The position numbers were made by a program, and so were the translations under genes. This document shows positions 27,124 through 36,643 of a stretch of 64,000 nt of DNA, piece by piece. Source of the stretch: Pirellulaceae bacterium (lineage in GTDB: Bacteria > Planctomycetota > Planctomycetia > Pirellulales > Pirellulaceae); assembly GCA_026989685.1 (NCBI GenBank), contig JALSIV010000211.1, positions 817-64,816 of the forward strand, given 5' to 3'. Under the pieces are notes generated by a model. It ran no database searches and was not told the DNA's origin. It worked only from the letters and a program-made list of their open reading frames with translations. The first letter of the stretch is position 1. Each line of letters starts with the position of its first letter.

Positions 27124-27807
27124 ATGAAAACTCCGCTCGGTCACGCACGGTTCCATCGTTGCATTCTCCTTGCCACGGCCCTCGCCGCCGTGTCGGCAAT
27201 CTGCCCACCGGCCTGGAGCCAACAGCGGAAAACCGACAAGACAGCTCGGCCTCGTTCCTTGTTCGACGGAAAGACACTCAAAAACTGGAAAGTCGTCAAC
27301 GAGTTCGACTTCGCCCGTCACGGCAAGGTCACGGTCGAGAACGGCGTGATCGTCTTGGCACCGGGCAAGCCGGGAACCGGTATCGCTTGGACGGGCCCGT
27401 TTCCTCGCGACAACTACGAGGTCAGTCTCGAAGCCATGCGTTACACGGGCGAAGACTTCTTTTGCGGCATGACCTTTCCGGTCGGCAAAGAGTACTGCAC
27501 ACTGATCTTGGGTGGATGGGGCGGAACGCTGATCGGCCTGTCCAACATCGACGGCCAGCCCGCCGACGAAAATGAAACGACTCAGGCCGAGCGTTTCGCC
27601 GCGAACCGCTGGTATCACGTGCGTCTAAGGGTCACTCGGGCAGCGATCGAAGTTTGGCTGGACAAAGAGTCGATCATCCGAGTCGAACGAAAGGACCGCG
27701 AGTTTTCGATCTGGTGGGAACAGGAACCGATGCGGCCGTTCGGGATCGCGAGCTGGTATACCGGATCGAAGCTGCGCAATATTGCACTGAAGGACCTGAA
27801 GCCGTGA
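27124..27807 (+). CDS. DUF1080 domain protein, exported
   Basis: LFDGKTLKNWKVVNEF...GKVTVENGVIVL...YEVSLEAMR...WYHVRLRVTRAAIEVWLD. Signal peptide after ATG 27124 (alternative start 27085). Confidence 0.8.
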   Translation: MKTPLGHARFHRCILLATALAAVSAICPPAWSQQRKTDKTARPRSLFDGKTLKNWKVVNEFDFARHGKVTVENGVIVLAPGKPGTGIAWTGPFPRDNYEVSLEAMRYTGEDFFCGMTFPVGKEYCTLILGGWGGTLIGLSNIDGQPADENETTQAERFAANRWYHVRLRVTRAAIEVWLDKESIIRVERKDREFSIWWEQEPMRPFGIASWYTGSKLRNIALKDLKP

Positions 27808-29093
27808 CGCAACTCGACGGTTCGGACGCGGCCGCACCTCCCACCTCGGCGGCGGAACACCACCTGCCGCTTACCTTGCGCCAGTGGGCCCAACATCTTC
27901 GACAGGCGGGATTGGTGGAGCCGGAAGAACGGACGCAACTGGACCAACTGGCTCGGATGCTCGAGGCGCGATTCCACTTCGAAACACACTATCAGTTGCG
28001 GAACTTGCGCTACATCTATGACCAGCTCGATCCCGACTTGCTCGGCAGCGACGGACCGATGGAGACGACGGAGCGGGCGGCAGGACTGACTGAGCAGTTC
28101 ATGGAGCAGTTCGAGACGATTCTGCGCCGCGCCAACTACCGGCATCTCGACCGGGAAGAAATCGAACAAGCCGCGTCAGCGGCCAGCGACTGGGGCGTTC
28201 ACCCGCAAATCGACCTGGAAGCGTTCGACTATCTGATGGTGTACGCTCGAGGCGCGGGAACATTCACACGGAGTCGCCGCAAGCCTCTCCGCCCCTGGCA
28301 ATGCGAAACGGTGAAGGTGCCTCACTACGCCCGGCTGGTGGTCGCCTTCTCCCTCAAGCCCGGTTACGAACTCACCGACGCCGTTCGCGATTCCGCCGTC
28401 TATCTGAAACTCTTCAAAGAAATCCCCCACGCGGACGTCGATACGCTGCTACCCTGCTCGAAAATCCAAATGTCCTGGTTCGACCGGACGCGCATCGCGC
28501 TGCCGACGATCTCCGGGCTGGGAATCCTGGCCTACAACCTCTACAAGCTGACGCTGGTCGGATTCGCATTGATCCTCAGCAGCTTCTACAGCTTTCTGGC
28601 TTTTCTCGGAATCGTGGGAGGCACGCTCGGCTACGGCGTCCGCTCCTTCTTGGGATACCTCAACACCAAGAACAAGTACCAGCTCACCTTGACACGCAGC
28701 CTCTATTATCAGAACCTCGACAACAATGCAGGAGTGCTGTTCCGGTTGCTGGACGAAGCCGAGCAGCAGGACCTGCTGGAGACCCTGCTGGCCTACTGGT
28801 TCGTGTTGAAAGCCGGTGCAGAAGGGATCGATGCGAGCGAGCTCGATCGGCGCATCGAGGATTTCCTGGAAGGAGCCGGATTGGGACGCATCGATTTCGA
28901 AGTCGACGACGCCGTGCGAAAGATGGAGCGACTCGAGTTGGCACAGATCGACCCAATCGGAAAGTGGCAAGCCAAGCCGGTGAGCCGGGCGCTGGAGACT
29001 CTCGACCGGCAATGGGACGCCCTGTTCGACTTTCATCGATCGTCGCCGATCCCCTCGTCGAGCCAACGAACGGAGCGAAGTGATGGACTTTGA
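27804..29093 (+). CDS. DUF3754/TMEM143-like membrane protein
   Basis: GTG 27804 overlaps the stop of the preceding gene (GTGA). Two central TM helices (ISGLGILAYNLYKLTLVGFALIL, FLAFLGIVGGTLGYGV) are followed by LYYQNLDNNAGVLFRLLDEAEQQDLLETLLAYWFV. The family call is from memory of that motif. Confidence 0.6.
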   Translation: MTQLDGSDAAAPPTSAAEHHLPLTLRQWAQHLRQAGLVEPEERTQLDQLARMLEARFHFETHYQLRNLRYIYDQLDPDLLGSDGPMETTERAAGLTEQFMEQFETILRRANYRHLDREEIEQAASAASDWGVHPQIDLEAFDYLMVYARGAGTFTRSRRKPLRPWQCETVKVPHYARLVVAFSLKPGYELTDAVRDSAVYLKLFKEIPHADVDTLLPCSKIQMSWFDRTRIALPTISGLGILAYNLYKLTLVGFALILSSFYSFLAFLGIVGGTLGYGVRSFLGYLNTKNKYQLTLTRSLYYQNLDNNAGVLFRLLDEAEQQDLLETLLAYWFVLKAGAEGIDASELDRRIEDFLEGAGLGRIDFEVDDAVRKMERLELAQIDPIGKWQAKPVSRALETLDRQWDALFDFHRSSPIPSSSQRTERSDGL

Positions 29094-29565
29094 TGAGCAA
29101 CTGAAGAAAGCCGTGGCTCGCGGAAGGCAGCGCAGCGAGCGGAAGACGGAGCAACAAGCTGCCGAAAAGATGACCGAAGACGAATTCCGGCGTATGCACT
29201 CGTCGTTGCGGTTGTCGCTCTCCGACTACATCGAGGAATGTCTCAAGAAAATCCCGCAGCACTTCCCCGGGTTTTCCAGCGAGACGGTGTTCGGGGAGCG
29301 AGGGTGGGGAGCCGCGTGCAGTCGCGACGACCTGCGCCTGGAACGAGGCAAACGCACGAACCTCTATAGCCGAATCGAATTGACCATCCGCCCCTACTCC
29401 AACCTGCACGTGATCGAACTCGCCGGCAAAGCCACCGTGTGCAATCGCGAGGTCTTCAATCGCCAGTTCTTCCAGGAATTGCCGGACGTGGACGAGAGCG
29501 AATTCCGCCGGCTCATCGATGCCTGGGTACTCGAATTCGCCGAGCTCTATGCGGCGAAGATGTGA
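29083..29565 (+). CDS. hypothetical cytoplasmic protein
   Basis: ATG 29083 with GGAG 7 nt upstream, overlapping the previous gene by 11 nt. Balanced composition (MDFDEQLKKAVARGRQRSERK...). No recognisable motif. Confidence 0.55.
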   Translation: MDFDEQLKKAVARGRQRSERKTEQQAAEKMTEDEFRRMHSSLRLSLSDYIEECLKKIPQHFPGFSSETVFGERGWGAACSRDDLRLERGKRTNLYSRIELTIRPYSNLHVIELAGKATVCNREVFNRQFFQELPDVDESEFRRLIDAWVLEFAELYAAKM

Positions 29566-29582
29566 CGCATGAGCGTTAGAGC

Positions 29583-30431
29583 CTACGCACGCGCCTCGAA
29601 GAACATCACCACCTCGACCGGAGCGTGACTCTCCGAGGCCGAGCGGTACCACTCCCAGCGGGCACCAAAGCAGGCGGCCTGAGTCAATCGCACTTCCGTG
29701 CCGGCTCCTTCCAGAATGTAGGCTGTGACCTCCGGATCACCCGCAAAGGGCGGACAGAACTCGACGTGAACCGGCCGCACGCGTTGCCCGGTTTCCAATT
29801 GCCCGCGCACCAGTCCGTGAACCCGTACTTCCCCCTGAGGAGAGACCTCGCGAGTCAACTGCCGCTCGACATGCTCTGCCAATAACGGAGCCTCCGCTTC
29901 CTCGGTATCGGACTTTGCGACATCGGGCTCCCGCGGTTCGCCCACTTCGTGCCGCGATGGTTCCACCTCCGCGGCCCGCTGGTCCACAGCCGACGAAACC
30001 TCGACCAGACCAATCATTCGTCCGCGGTGCGCGTACCAACTCGCCTCGATCGCCAACCCAGACAACCACACCAGCGCCGGCGCATACGACGTCGCCGAGT
30101 TCCCCGTCATTGCCGAAGCCATGGCGGCCAGCGATGCCGAGCCGGCCAGGTCGATACCCCAATCCCATCGCGCACCGACTCCCGTCGTATCGAAGACGCG
30201 CATCAGCCGAGCCGCCAACACGACCACGAGTGAGAGAGTCCAGGCGATCAGCACCGTGCGACCGCCGAAGGGGCTTTCCAAGGAACCGTTCCATCTGCGC
30301 GTCAGCAGAAACAGCCCCAGCAGCAGCAATGCCGCCACAACCGACGAGGCCACGGCACGGATCAAGAGTGGCGGCAGGCGAAGCGTGCGGCACCGCAGCG
30401 GAGTATTCCAGGCTACTTGGTTTTCCGACAT
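29583..30431 (-). CDS. hypothetical membrane protein
   Basis: ATG start. Three or four hydrophobic helices in the N-terminal half (VASSVVAALLLLGLFLL, VLIAWTLSLVVVLAA, YAPALVWLSGLAIEA), an acidic linker and a beta-rich C-terminus. Confidence 0.55.
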   Translation of the reverse strand: MSENQVAWNTPLRCRTLRLPPLLIRAVASSVVAALLLLGLFLLTRRWNGSLESPFGGRTVLIAWTLSLVVVLAARLMRVFDTTGVGARWDWGIDLAGSASLAAMASAMTGNSATSYAPALVWLSGLAIEASWYAHRGRMIGLVEVSSAVDQRAAEVEPSRHEVGEPREPDVAKSDTEEAEAPLLAEHVERQLTREVSPQGEVRVHGLVRGQLETGQRVRPVHVEFCPPFAGDPEVTAYILEGAGTEVRLTQAACFGARWEWYRSASESHAPVEVVMFFEARA

Positions 30432-30450
30432 GCCGTGGCCTGCTGGTGGC

Positions 30451-31635
30451 TCAAGCCGTGGCGGGATGCACTCCCGCAGCGGTCGCCAGTTCTTCGGCTC
30501 GGTGAGTCTTCTCCCAGGTGAACTCGGCCTCGCTGCGTCCGAAATGACCGCCGGCCGCCGTCTTACGGAAGATCGGACGACGCAGTTCCAGATACCCGAT
30601 GATCCCCGCCGGACTCAAGGGAAAGAACTCACGCACCAACTCGCAAATCCGTTCATCGGAAACCCGGCCGGTCCCCTGCGTGTCGATGTGGATGCTCACC
30701 GGTTCGCTCACGCCGATCGCGTAAGCCAACTGCACTTCACACCGATCGGCCAGGCCGGCCGCAACGATGTTCTTCGCCACATGCCGCGCCATGTAGGCGG
30801 CGCTGCGGTCGACTTTGGTGGCATCTTTCCCACTGAAAGCCCCGCCGCCGTGACGCCCCCAACCTCCGTACGTGTCGACGATGATCTTGCGCCCGGTGAG
30901 ACCGCAGTCTCCCTGAGGTCCGCCCGTGACAAAACGGCCGGTGGGATTGATGTGGTAGGTGATGTCGCCTTGCAACAGCGAAGCGGGAACGATCTGTTTG
31001 ATGATCGACTCGATCACGTACTCGCGGATCTCTTCCTGATTGACCTCCGGGGCATGCTGCGTCGATACGACGACCGCATCGACTCGCTGAGGAGTCCAAT
31101 CTTCGTATTCGATGGTCACCTGAGCTTTGCTATCGGGTCGCAGCCAGGAGACTTCTTTCTGAAATCGAGCTTCGGTCAACCGGTTGAGAATCCGATGGGA
31201 CAGCGAAATCGGCAGGGGCATCAACTCCTCGGTGTCGTTGCAGGCGTAGCCGAACATCAGTCCCTGATCGCCGGCCCCGATGTCCTTGCCGGCGGTCGAG
31301 TCCTCGTCGACGCCCATCGCAATGTCGGGCGACTGCTTGTCGAGTGCCACCAGCACCGCGCAATGGTCGGCCGACAGTCCCATTTCGGCGTCCGTGTATC
31401 CCACTTCCTTGATCGTTCGCCGCACCACATCGGTATAGTCGATGGTGGCCTTGGTGGTAATCTCGCCGGCGATCAGGGCCAGCCCGGTCGTCACCATCGT
31501 CTCGCAGGCAACGCGGCTGTAGGGATCCTGACTCAGGCAGGCGTCGAGCACCGCATCGGAAATCTGATCGGCCAGCTTGTCCGGATGCCCCATACTGACC
31601 GATTCACTCGTAAACAAATACCGACCCTTGGCCAC
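30451..31635 (-). CDS. metK: S-adenosylmethionine synthase
   Basis: Unmistakable MetK sequence ([56 protein letters not shown]). GTG start with GAGG upstream. Confidence 0.97.
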   Translation of the reverse strand: MAKGRYLFTSESVSMGHPDKLADQISDAVLDACLSQDPYSRVACETMVTTGLALIAGEITTKATIDYTDVVRRTIKEVGYTDAEMGLSADHCAVLVALDKQSPDIAMGVDEDSTAGKDIGAGDQGLMFGYACNDTEELMPLPISLSHRILNRLTEARFQKEVSWLRPDSKAQVTIEYEDWTPQRVDAVVVSTQHAPEVNQEEIREYVIESIIKQIVPASLLQGDITYHINPTGRFVTGGPQGDCGLTGRKIIVDTYGGWGRHGGGAFSGKDATKVDRSAAYMARHVAKNIVAAGLADRCEVQLAYAIGVSEPVSIHIDTQGTGRVSDERICELVREFFPLSPAGIIGYLELRRPIFRKTAAGGHFGRSEAEFTWEKTHRAEELATAAGVHPATA

Positions 31636-31837
31636 GGAACTACCTCACATCAAACGGTTTAAAGCGTGTAACAAAAGCCGCCGTATGGCTTGCGAGCCTC
31701 GGGCATGTTGCTTGCGGCCGGGAGTCATGTCAGCGCCTCTTAGGGCCTGGAACAGATCCCGCCGCGCGGCGAGACAACGCCGCAAAACTCTACGGCGCCC
31801 CGAGTGTCTGGCAAGCCGGCCCGACACGAATTTTCGC

Positions 31838-31866
31838 ATTATAGGGGAAGCCATGCCCGACTTCAA
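31838..31866 (-). promoter_or_regulatory. sigma70-type promoter of metK
   Basis: On the minus strand TTGAAG (31866-31861), 17-nt spacer, TATAAT (31843-31838). A consensus -10 element stands out in GC-rich DNA. It predicts a leader of about 195 nt. Confidence 0.55.
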
Positions 31867-31926
31867 AGGCACGCATTACTTCTCAGCGGGTCTGAGCGCC
31901 TCCGCGTGAGATCCCCCAAACCGCCG

Positions 31927-33288
31927 CTATCCGGCGTGTCGCGGGCCGCACGCGGGCCAATGCAGTTCGAGCCGGTCCAGGCCACTCGGCTCCGGCGTCC
32001 CCTCCGGAATCCACTTCCAAGTAGCTCCCATTTCCCGCATGGCGCGGAAATCGCGAGGCGCATACGGCCAGGTCAAATGGGGCGTCTCGACCCAACGCCC
32101 CGCCTTTACCCGCGAATCCATGGCGGCGTCCAGCACGCCGCTGGTCATCAACGTTCGCTCGACCGGATAGGGAGCCCGGCGCCGACGAAAATGGACCTGA
32201 ATCGCATGCGAGAGCGCCTTGAACAAATTCCGGTTGTTCCAAGGCCCCACATAGAAGCTGGTCGCCTTCGATTCCGCCGCGCCCTTCAAACGGCAAGCGA
32301 AGTTCCACCGGATGCCGCTGCTGCCTACCTTGAGCACCATCGCCCTCAGTCCATCGGCATACTGCAATTGGATCCCATGCATGGCCACCGGTTTTCCTGC
32401 CGAGTCTCGGCCTCGGCGGTCGAAGCATCGAACCAGATCATGATCGGCACCCAGTTCGTTGGCCATTGCTCGCTTGGCCAGTTGCACCGACCACTCCGAC
32501 CGTCCGGCCGCCTCCCACAACCGGTCGTGATCCAGAAAACGAAGTCGGACGACGCCCGTTTCGCCTCCCTTTCTGGCTTCGACCATCGACTGCAACACTT
32601 CCAAGCCGTGAAAGTCGTACGACTCGACGCCTCCACCATGGATCGATACGGCTTCTGCCATCTCACAGCCCGCCGGCAGTTCGAGGGCCGGTCGGCGCTG
32701 TGCCAATGGTACGGAGCTTCCCGCCATCAGCGGAATCTTCATGGCTCGTGCCGTATCCACCATTTCCTTGGCCCAGTCCCAGCGGTACGACAAATGTTTG
32801 TCATTGAACACCGGGGCCACCCGACCCGACTTGCGAAACACCGACACGATCTCGTCGAAGAACCTCTTGCGCGGGTACATCACCTGCCCTTTCGGCGTCT
32901 TCGGATAATGTCCGTGTTCGCCGATCGACAAGACGGCATCCACCGCCAGTCGGTCGGCTCCGCAACCGAGTGCTTCGCGAATCGAGCCATAGATGGGAAT
33001 CCCGTAGACCCTCGCGATGTCTCGAGCAAAATCGTTCTCGGGGAACTGATCGACGTAGAAGCTGACCACGCGGACTCCCGGCTCGATCGGCTTGCCGTTG
33101 AACAGGTAGCGATTGAGGAAGTTCTCCAAGATGACATGGGCGTGACTGCGGAAAAAGCAGGTCGTCATCACGACGGCGACTCGAGGCCGAGACTCCAGTC
33201 GATCGGCTCCGCGGCACACGGCAGTCGCCGCCAAGGACGACAAGGCACCGAGGCAACTGCGGCGGGTGAGGCAAATGGATGAAGACAT
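31927..33288 (-). CDS. Tat-signal exported protein of unknown function
   Basis: MSSSICLTRRSCLGALSSLAATAVCRGA is a twin-arginine-type leader. Coherent globular composition. The opposite-strand ORF 31804..33282 is rejected. Confidence 0.7.
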   Translation of the reverse strand: MSSSICLTRRSCLGALSSLAATAVCRGADRLESRPRVAVVMTTCFFRSHAHVILENFLNRYLFNGKPIEPGVRVVSFYVDQFPENDFARDIARVYGIPIYGSIREALGCGADRLAVDAVLSIGEHGHYPKTPKGQVMYPRKRFFDEIVSVFRKSGRVAPVFNDKHLSYRWDWAKEMVDTARAMKIPLMAGSSVPLAQRRPALELPAGCEMAEAVSIHGGGVESYDFHGLEVLQSMVEARKGGETGVVRLRFLDHDRLWEAAGRSEWSVQLAKRAMANELGADHDLVRCFDRRGRDSAGKPVAMHGIQLQYADGLRAMVLKVGSSGIRWNFACRLKGAAESKATSFYVGPWNNRNLFKALSHAIQVHFRRRRAPYPVERTLMTSGVLDAAMDSRVKAGRWVETPHLTWPYAPRDFRAMREMGATWKWIPEGTPEPSGLDRLELHWPACGPRHAG

Positions 33289-33573
33289 GGTTTTTTCGAC
33301 GGGCGTGGAGCGGAGGGAGAGATACCTTCAGCGGAACAGTATAGCGGATGTATCGCCTGGGCGTGCCTTCGCGCCAGGTGGCTCGGTGCCTGCAGCTACC
33401 ATGCCGCCCTGCGCTCTCTGCACCTCCGCGTGGGGCCCATGACACACTCAGCAGCCACGGTTCCCTTTCGTCTCATGCAGAGGCGCCGTGCCCGCAGAGC
33501 CGTTGAAGAACCCGTACCCGGATGGCGATCGGCAGACGGTCGCTACCTGACGAACGCTCGACTTCCACATCAC

Positions 33574-34296
33574 CTAAGGAAAGAACGGCGGCCGCCGGGC
33601 CACGGATTCGCCGTCGATCATGGCTCGCACTTTGCCGCAGAGACGCTCGACGATCCGTTCCAACAACACGCTTCCTTTTTCCGCCGATGCTTCCAACGGC
33701 GATCGATCGGGTTGGTCTCGCATCGCGTCTCGATCGACGTTGTCAGGAAATGCGGCGAGCGCCACAGCCGTTTCGAACTCCTGAGCGTGCCCGGGCAGAG
33801 CCTCCGCCCCGCCACTGAGTACCTCGCCGGCGTCCTGCTCGGTCAGCAAATCCCAATACGATATCCACTGCAGGTTGACGGGAAACTCCCGCAAGAACTG
33901 ATCCCACACCCCCTCGAGCGGCGCGATGTTGCCCCCATGACCGTTGACCACGAGGATGTTCTCGAACCCTGCTCGAATCAGGCTGCGGATGATATCGTTG
34001 AGTACACCAAGGAAGGTTCCGGGACGCAGCGTGAGGGTCCCCGGATGACTCATGTGGTGCTCGCTGATACCGACGGCGAAGGCGGGAGCCACCAACACCG
34101 ACGGAGCCATCCGCTGCGCCGCCTGCTCGACAATCCACCGCGTACTCCTCCAGTCGTGTTCCATCGCCAAGTGCTCGAGGTGCTGTTCGGTGGCCGCCAC
34201 CGGAAGCAGCACCGCTCGCAGTTCCCCCGACTCCATCCGCTCACGGAATTCCCGACGCGTCAGTTTGCCCAGCAAGACGGGCGAGTTGTTCTCCAT
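33574..34296 (-). CDS. creatininase-family amidohydrolase
   Basis: VLLPVAATEQHLEHLAMEHD...GISEHHMSHPGTLTL...ILVVNGHGGN are the creatininase/FAPy-deformylase family motifs. Start at ATG 34296. Confidence 0.85.
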   Translation of the reverse strand: MENNSPVLLGKLTRREFRERMESGELRAVLLPVAATEQHLEHLAMEHDWRSTRWIVEQAAQRMAPSVLVAPAFAVGISEHHMSHPGTLTLRPGTFLGVLNDIIRSLIRAGFENILVVNGHGGNIAPLEGVWDQFLREFPVNLQWISYWDLLTEQDAGEVLSGGAEALPGHAQEFETAVALAAFPDNVDRDAMRDQPDRSPLEASAEKGSVLLERIVERLCGKVRAMIDGESVARRPPFFP

Positions 34297-34440
34297 GATG
34301 TGGCTCCCAAACGCGGGCTTCGCCCGAAAAGCCGCCAATGCACGATGCGTTCACGCCGCGCATCCTGCACTGGCTTGCGGTTGTCACGACTCCTGCCGTC
34401 TCCGGTCTCCCACCTCCAGCCCTTGCCGGCGCAGCCCGCG

Positions 34441-35037
34441 TCAGGGATATCGCCATTCCCGGCGCCAACCCTCCGGCGACTTGACGTAGACCGTGCGCTC
34501 ATGCATTCGAGCCGGACGGTTGATAAAGAACTCGATGTGGTCGGGTTCCAAACGATAGCCGAACCAGTGATCGGGCCGAGGAACGGGGCGGCCTTGCAGC
34601 TCGGCTTCCAATGCCAACACCTCGCCAATGAAGGCCTCGCGGCTCACCAACACCTCCGACTGTCGCGAGACCGCCGAGCCGAGTTGAGCGTCCCGCGGGC
34701 GAGTCTCCCAATAGGCATCGCTTTCCTCCGGTGCAATGGGATGCGCCACCCCCTCGACTCGGATCTGCTGCCCGGTTTCGTCCCAGTAGTAGCAGAGCGC
34801 GGCTCGAGGATTCTCGGCCAATTGTCGTCCCTTGACGCTGAGCGAATTCGTGAAGAAAACCAACCCCTTCGGCTCGACGCGGCGCACCAGCACCACGCGC
34901 GACGTCACTCTGCCATCGGCGCCGCAGGTGGATAGCGTCGCCGCCTGCGGTTCGCGCAATCCCCGGGCCTCTGCTTCCTGGAGCCACTCGGTGAGTTGCC
35001 GAAATGCTTCCTGGTATACGGGATCGCTGTCCGTCAT
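34441..35037 (-). CDS. pdxH: pyridoxamine 5'-phosphate oxidase
   Basis: YYWDETGQQIRVEGVAHPIAPEESDAYWETRPRDAQLGSAVSRQS...PDHWFGYRLEPDHIEFF matches PdxH end to end. Confidence 0.9.
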   Translation of the reverse strand: MTDSDPVYQEAFRQLTEWLQEAEARGLREPQAATLSTCGADGRVTSRVVLVRRVEPKGLVFFTNSLSVKGRQLAENPRAALCYYWDETGQQIRVEGVAHPIAPEESDAYWETRPRDAQLGSAVSRQSEVLVSREAFIGEVLALEAELQGRPVPRPDHWFGYRLEPDHIEFFINRPARMHERTVYVKSPEGWRREWRYP

Positions 35038-35055
35038 CGTCTCGCACCGCCCATC

Positions 35056-35952
35056 TCACACTCCCAATATCGCGCCCAGAGCGTCCTTCAGCTCAGGGTA
35101 GCGATAAGCGAACTGGAGCGAAAGCAAGCGGCGGGGAATGACGCGAGTACTCGCCAACAGCAACTCCTCTCCCATCTCGCCCATCACCGAGCGTACGGCA
35201 AAGGCGGGGAGCGGCAGGAAAGCCGGTCGGCGCAGCACTTCGGCCAGCGTGCGCGTGAACCGGGAATTGGTGACCGGATGCGGCGCCACCGCGTTGACCG
35301 CCCCCTGCAACCCGGAGTTGCCGACAGCCAGCCACGCGATTTCCGCCAGATCTTCCAGGGCAATCCAACTCCAGTACTGCCTCCCCGATCCGACTCGGCC
35401 CCCCAATCCCAGCCGGAAGGGGCGCAGCATGGCGGCCAGGGCGCCGCCCTCTCGAGCCAGCACGACACCGATGCGCAGTCGGACCACGCGAATCCCCGCC
35501 TCTTCGGCCGGGCGGCTCGCCTGCTCCCACTCCCGGCAAACCTCGGCCAAGAACCCCCGCCCCGGCTCCGACGACTCATCCAGCTCCTCGTCGCCCCGGT
35601 CACCGTAATAGCCGATGGCCGATGCGCAGACCAACGTGGCCGGGGGACGCTCGAGCTGCGTGAGAATCCGGCAGAGGTTTTGCGTTCCCCGTACGCGGCT
35701 CTCCCGAATCCGCCGCTTCTTGGCCGCCGTCCAACGGCCGGTGGCGATGTTCTCACCGGCCAGATGAATCACGGCCTCGACCCCTTCCCACTCTGACAAA
35801 TCCGTGGCACCGGTCAACGGATCCCAACGGATCGCATCATCGGCGGTTCCGCTCGACCGGACTACACGCACGACCTCGACCGGCTCGGAACGCAAGCGAT
35901 CTCGTACGGCGGATCCCACCAGGCCGCTGGAACCGGTTACGGCGATGCGCAT
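35056..35952 (-). CDS. TIGR01777/YfcH-type NAD-dependent epimerase-family protein (with DUF1731 C-terminus)
   Basis: MRIAVTGSSGLVGSAV Rossmann start, IHLAGENIATGRWT, GDRGDEELDESS and a C-terminal LLASTRVIPRRL. Confidence 0.85.
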   Translation of the reverse strand: MRIAVTGSSGLVGSAVRDRLRSEPVEVVRVVRSSGTADDAIRWDPLTGATDLSEWEGVEAVIHLAGENIATGRWTAAKKRRIRESRVRGTQNLCRILTQLERPPATLVCASAIGYYGDRGDEELDESSEPGRGFLAEVCREWEQASRPAEEAGIRVVRLRIGVVLAREGGALAAMLRPFRLGLGGRVGSGRQYWSWIALEDLAEIAWLAVGNSGLQGAVNAVAPHPVTNSRFTRTLAEVLRRPAFLPLPAFAVRSVMGEMGEELLLASTRVIPRRLLSLQFAYRYPELKDALGAILGV

Positions 35953-35980
35953 GGTTGGCTCTCCTACGGTGATGGCGACC

Positions 35981-36643
35981 CTACTCGGGCCGAAGGGCGT
36001 CCCACGTCCAGTGGCGGTCGCTGGTCTGGCGGACGGTTTCGCGAGCGAACCCCAGCGAGGCGACGATATCCTGCACTTCTTCCACCGTCAGTGCGGCCCG
36101 GAGCGAATCGGCGAACAGCTTCTGTTGTGTGGCCGACTGGTCGGCCACGTGAGTCTCCACCAGACGGCGCAATTCGTCTTCGCTGTCAGGCCGAAACAGG
36201 TCTCGGAAAAACAGTCGACCCCCCGGCTTGGTCACGCGCACCGCTTCCCGCAGCAGCAGCTTGGGCTCGGGAATGTGATGCACGATGCTGTTGGAGATGA
36301 CCAAATCGAACATGGCGTCGGGAAACGGGGTCGCCTTGCCGTCGATGTGCTCAAGTTGAATGCGGTGGGTCACACCGGCGATCTCGAGTCGATACCGAGC
36401 CAAGTCGAGCATCTCGGTGGAGAGGTCGACGGCCATGATGCGGCATTCCTCCACGCGCTGGCACAGCTCGATCGGAATCAGGGCGGTTCCCGTCCCCAGG
36501 TCGAGCAGATCGCCCCGCACTTCGCCGCCGGCCAACAGGTCGTCGACAAACTGGCGGTTCACGGCCTCATGGTCCATCTCGTCGTATTCGCGAGCCTCCT
36601 CGGGGCAGTCCATGACTTCCGGTTCAAGAACGCGTTTGAGCAT
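35981..36643 (-). CDS. class I SAM-dependent methyltransferase
   Basis: LLDLGTGTALIPIEL (motif I), AVDLSTEML, FDLVISNSIVHHI and PGGRLFFRDL. Confidence 0.85.
   Translation of the reverse strand: MLKRVLEPEVMDCPEEAREYDEMDHEAVNRQFVDDLLAGGEVRGDLLDLGTGTALIPIELCQRVEECRIMAVDLSTEMLDLARYRLEIAGVTHRIQLEHIDGKATPFPDAMFDLVISNSIVHHIPEPKLLLREAVRVTKPGGRLFFRDLFRPDSEDELRRLVETHVADQSATQQKLFADSLRAALTVEEVQDIVASLGFARETVRQTSDRHWTWDALRPE

Noticed and set aside
30121-31662. 513-aa plus-strand ORF
   Set aside because: Antisense to metK, whose identity is certain.
31636-31830. Assignment of the metK leader to a known SAM riboswitch class (SAM-I, SAM-II/V, SAM-SAH)
   Set aside because: I could not find the conserved cores of these classes by eye. 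Only generic GC hairpins are visible, so no class is claimed.
31804-33282. 492-aa plus-strand ORF
   Set aside because: Antisense to the Tat-signal gene 31927-33288. It also runs across the metK promoter region.
33430-34935. 501-aa plus-strand ORF
   Set aside because: Antisense to the creatininase-family gene and pdxH, both with clear motifs.
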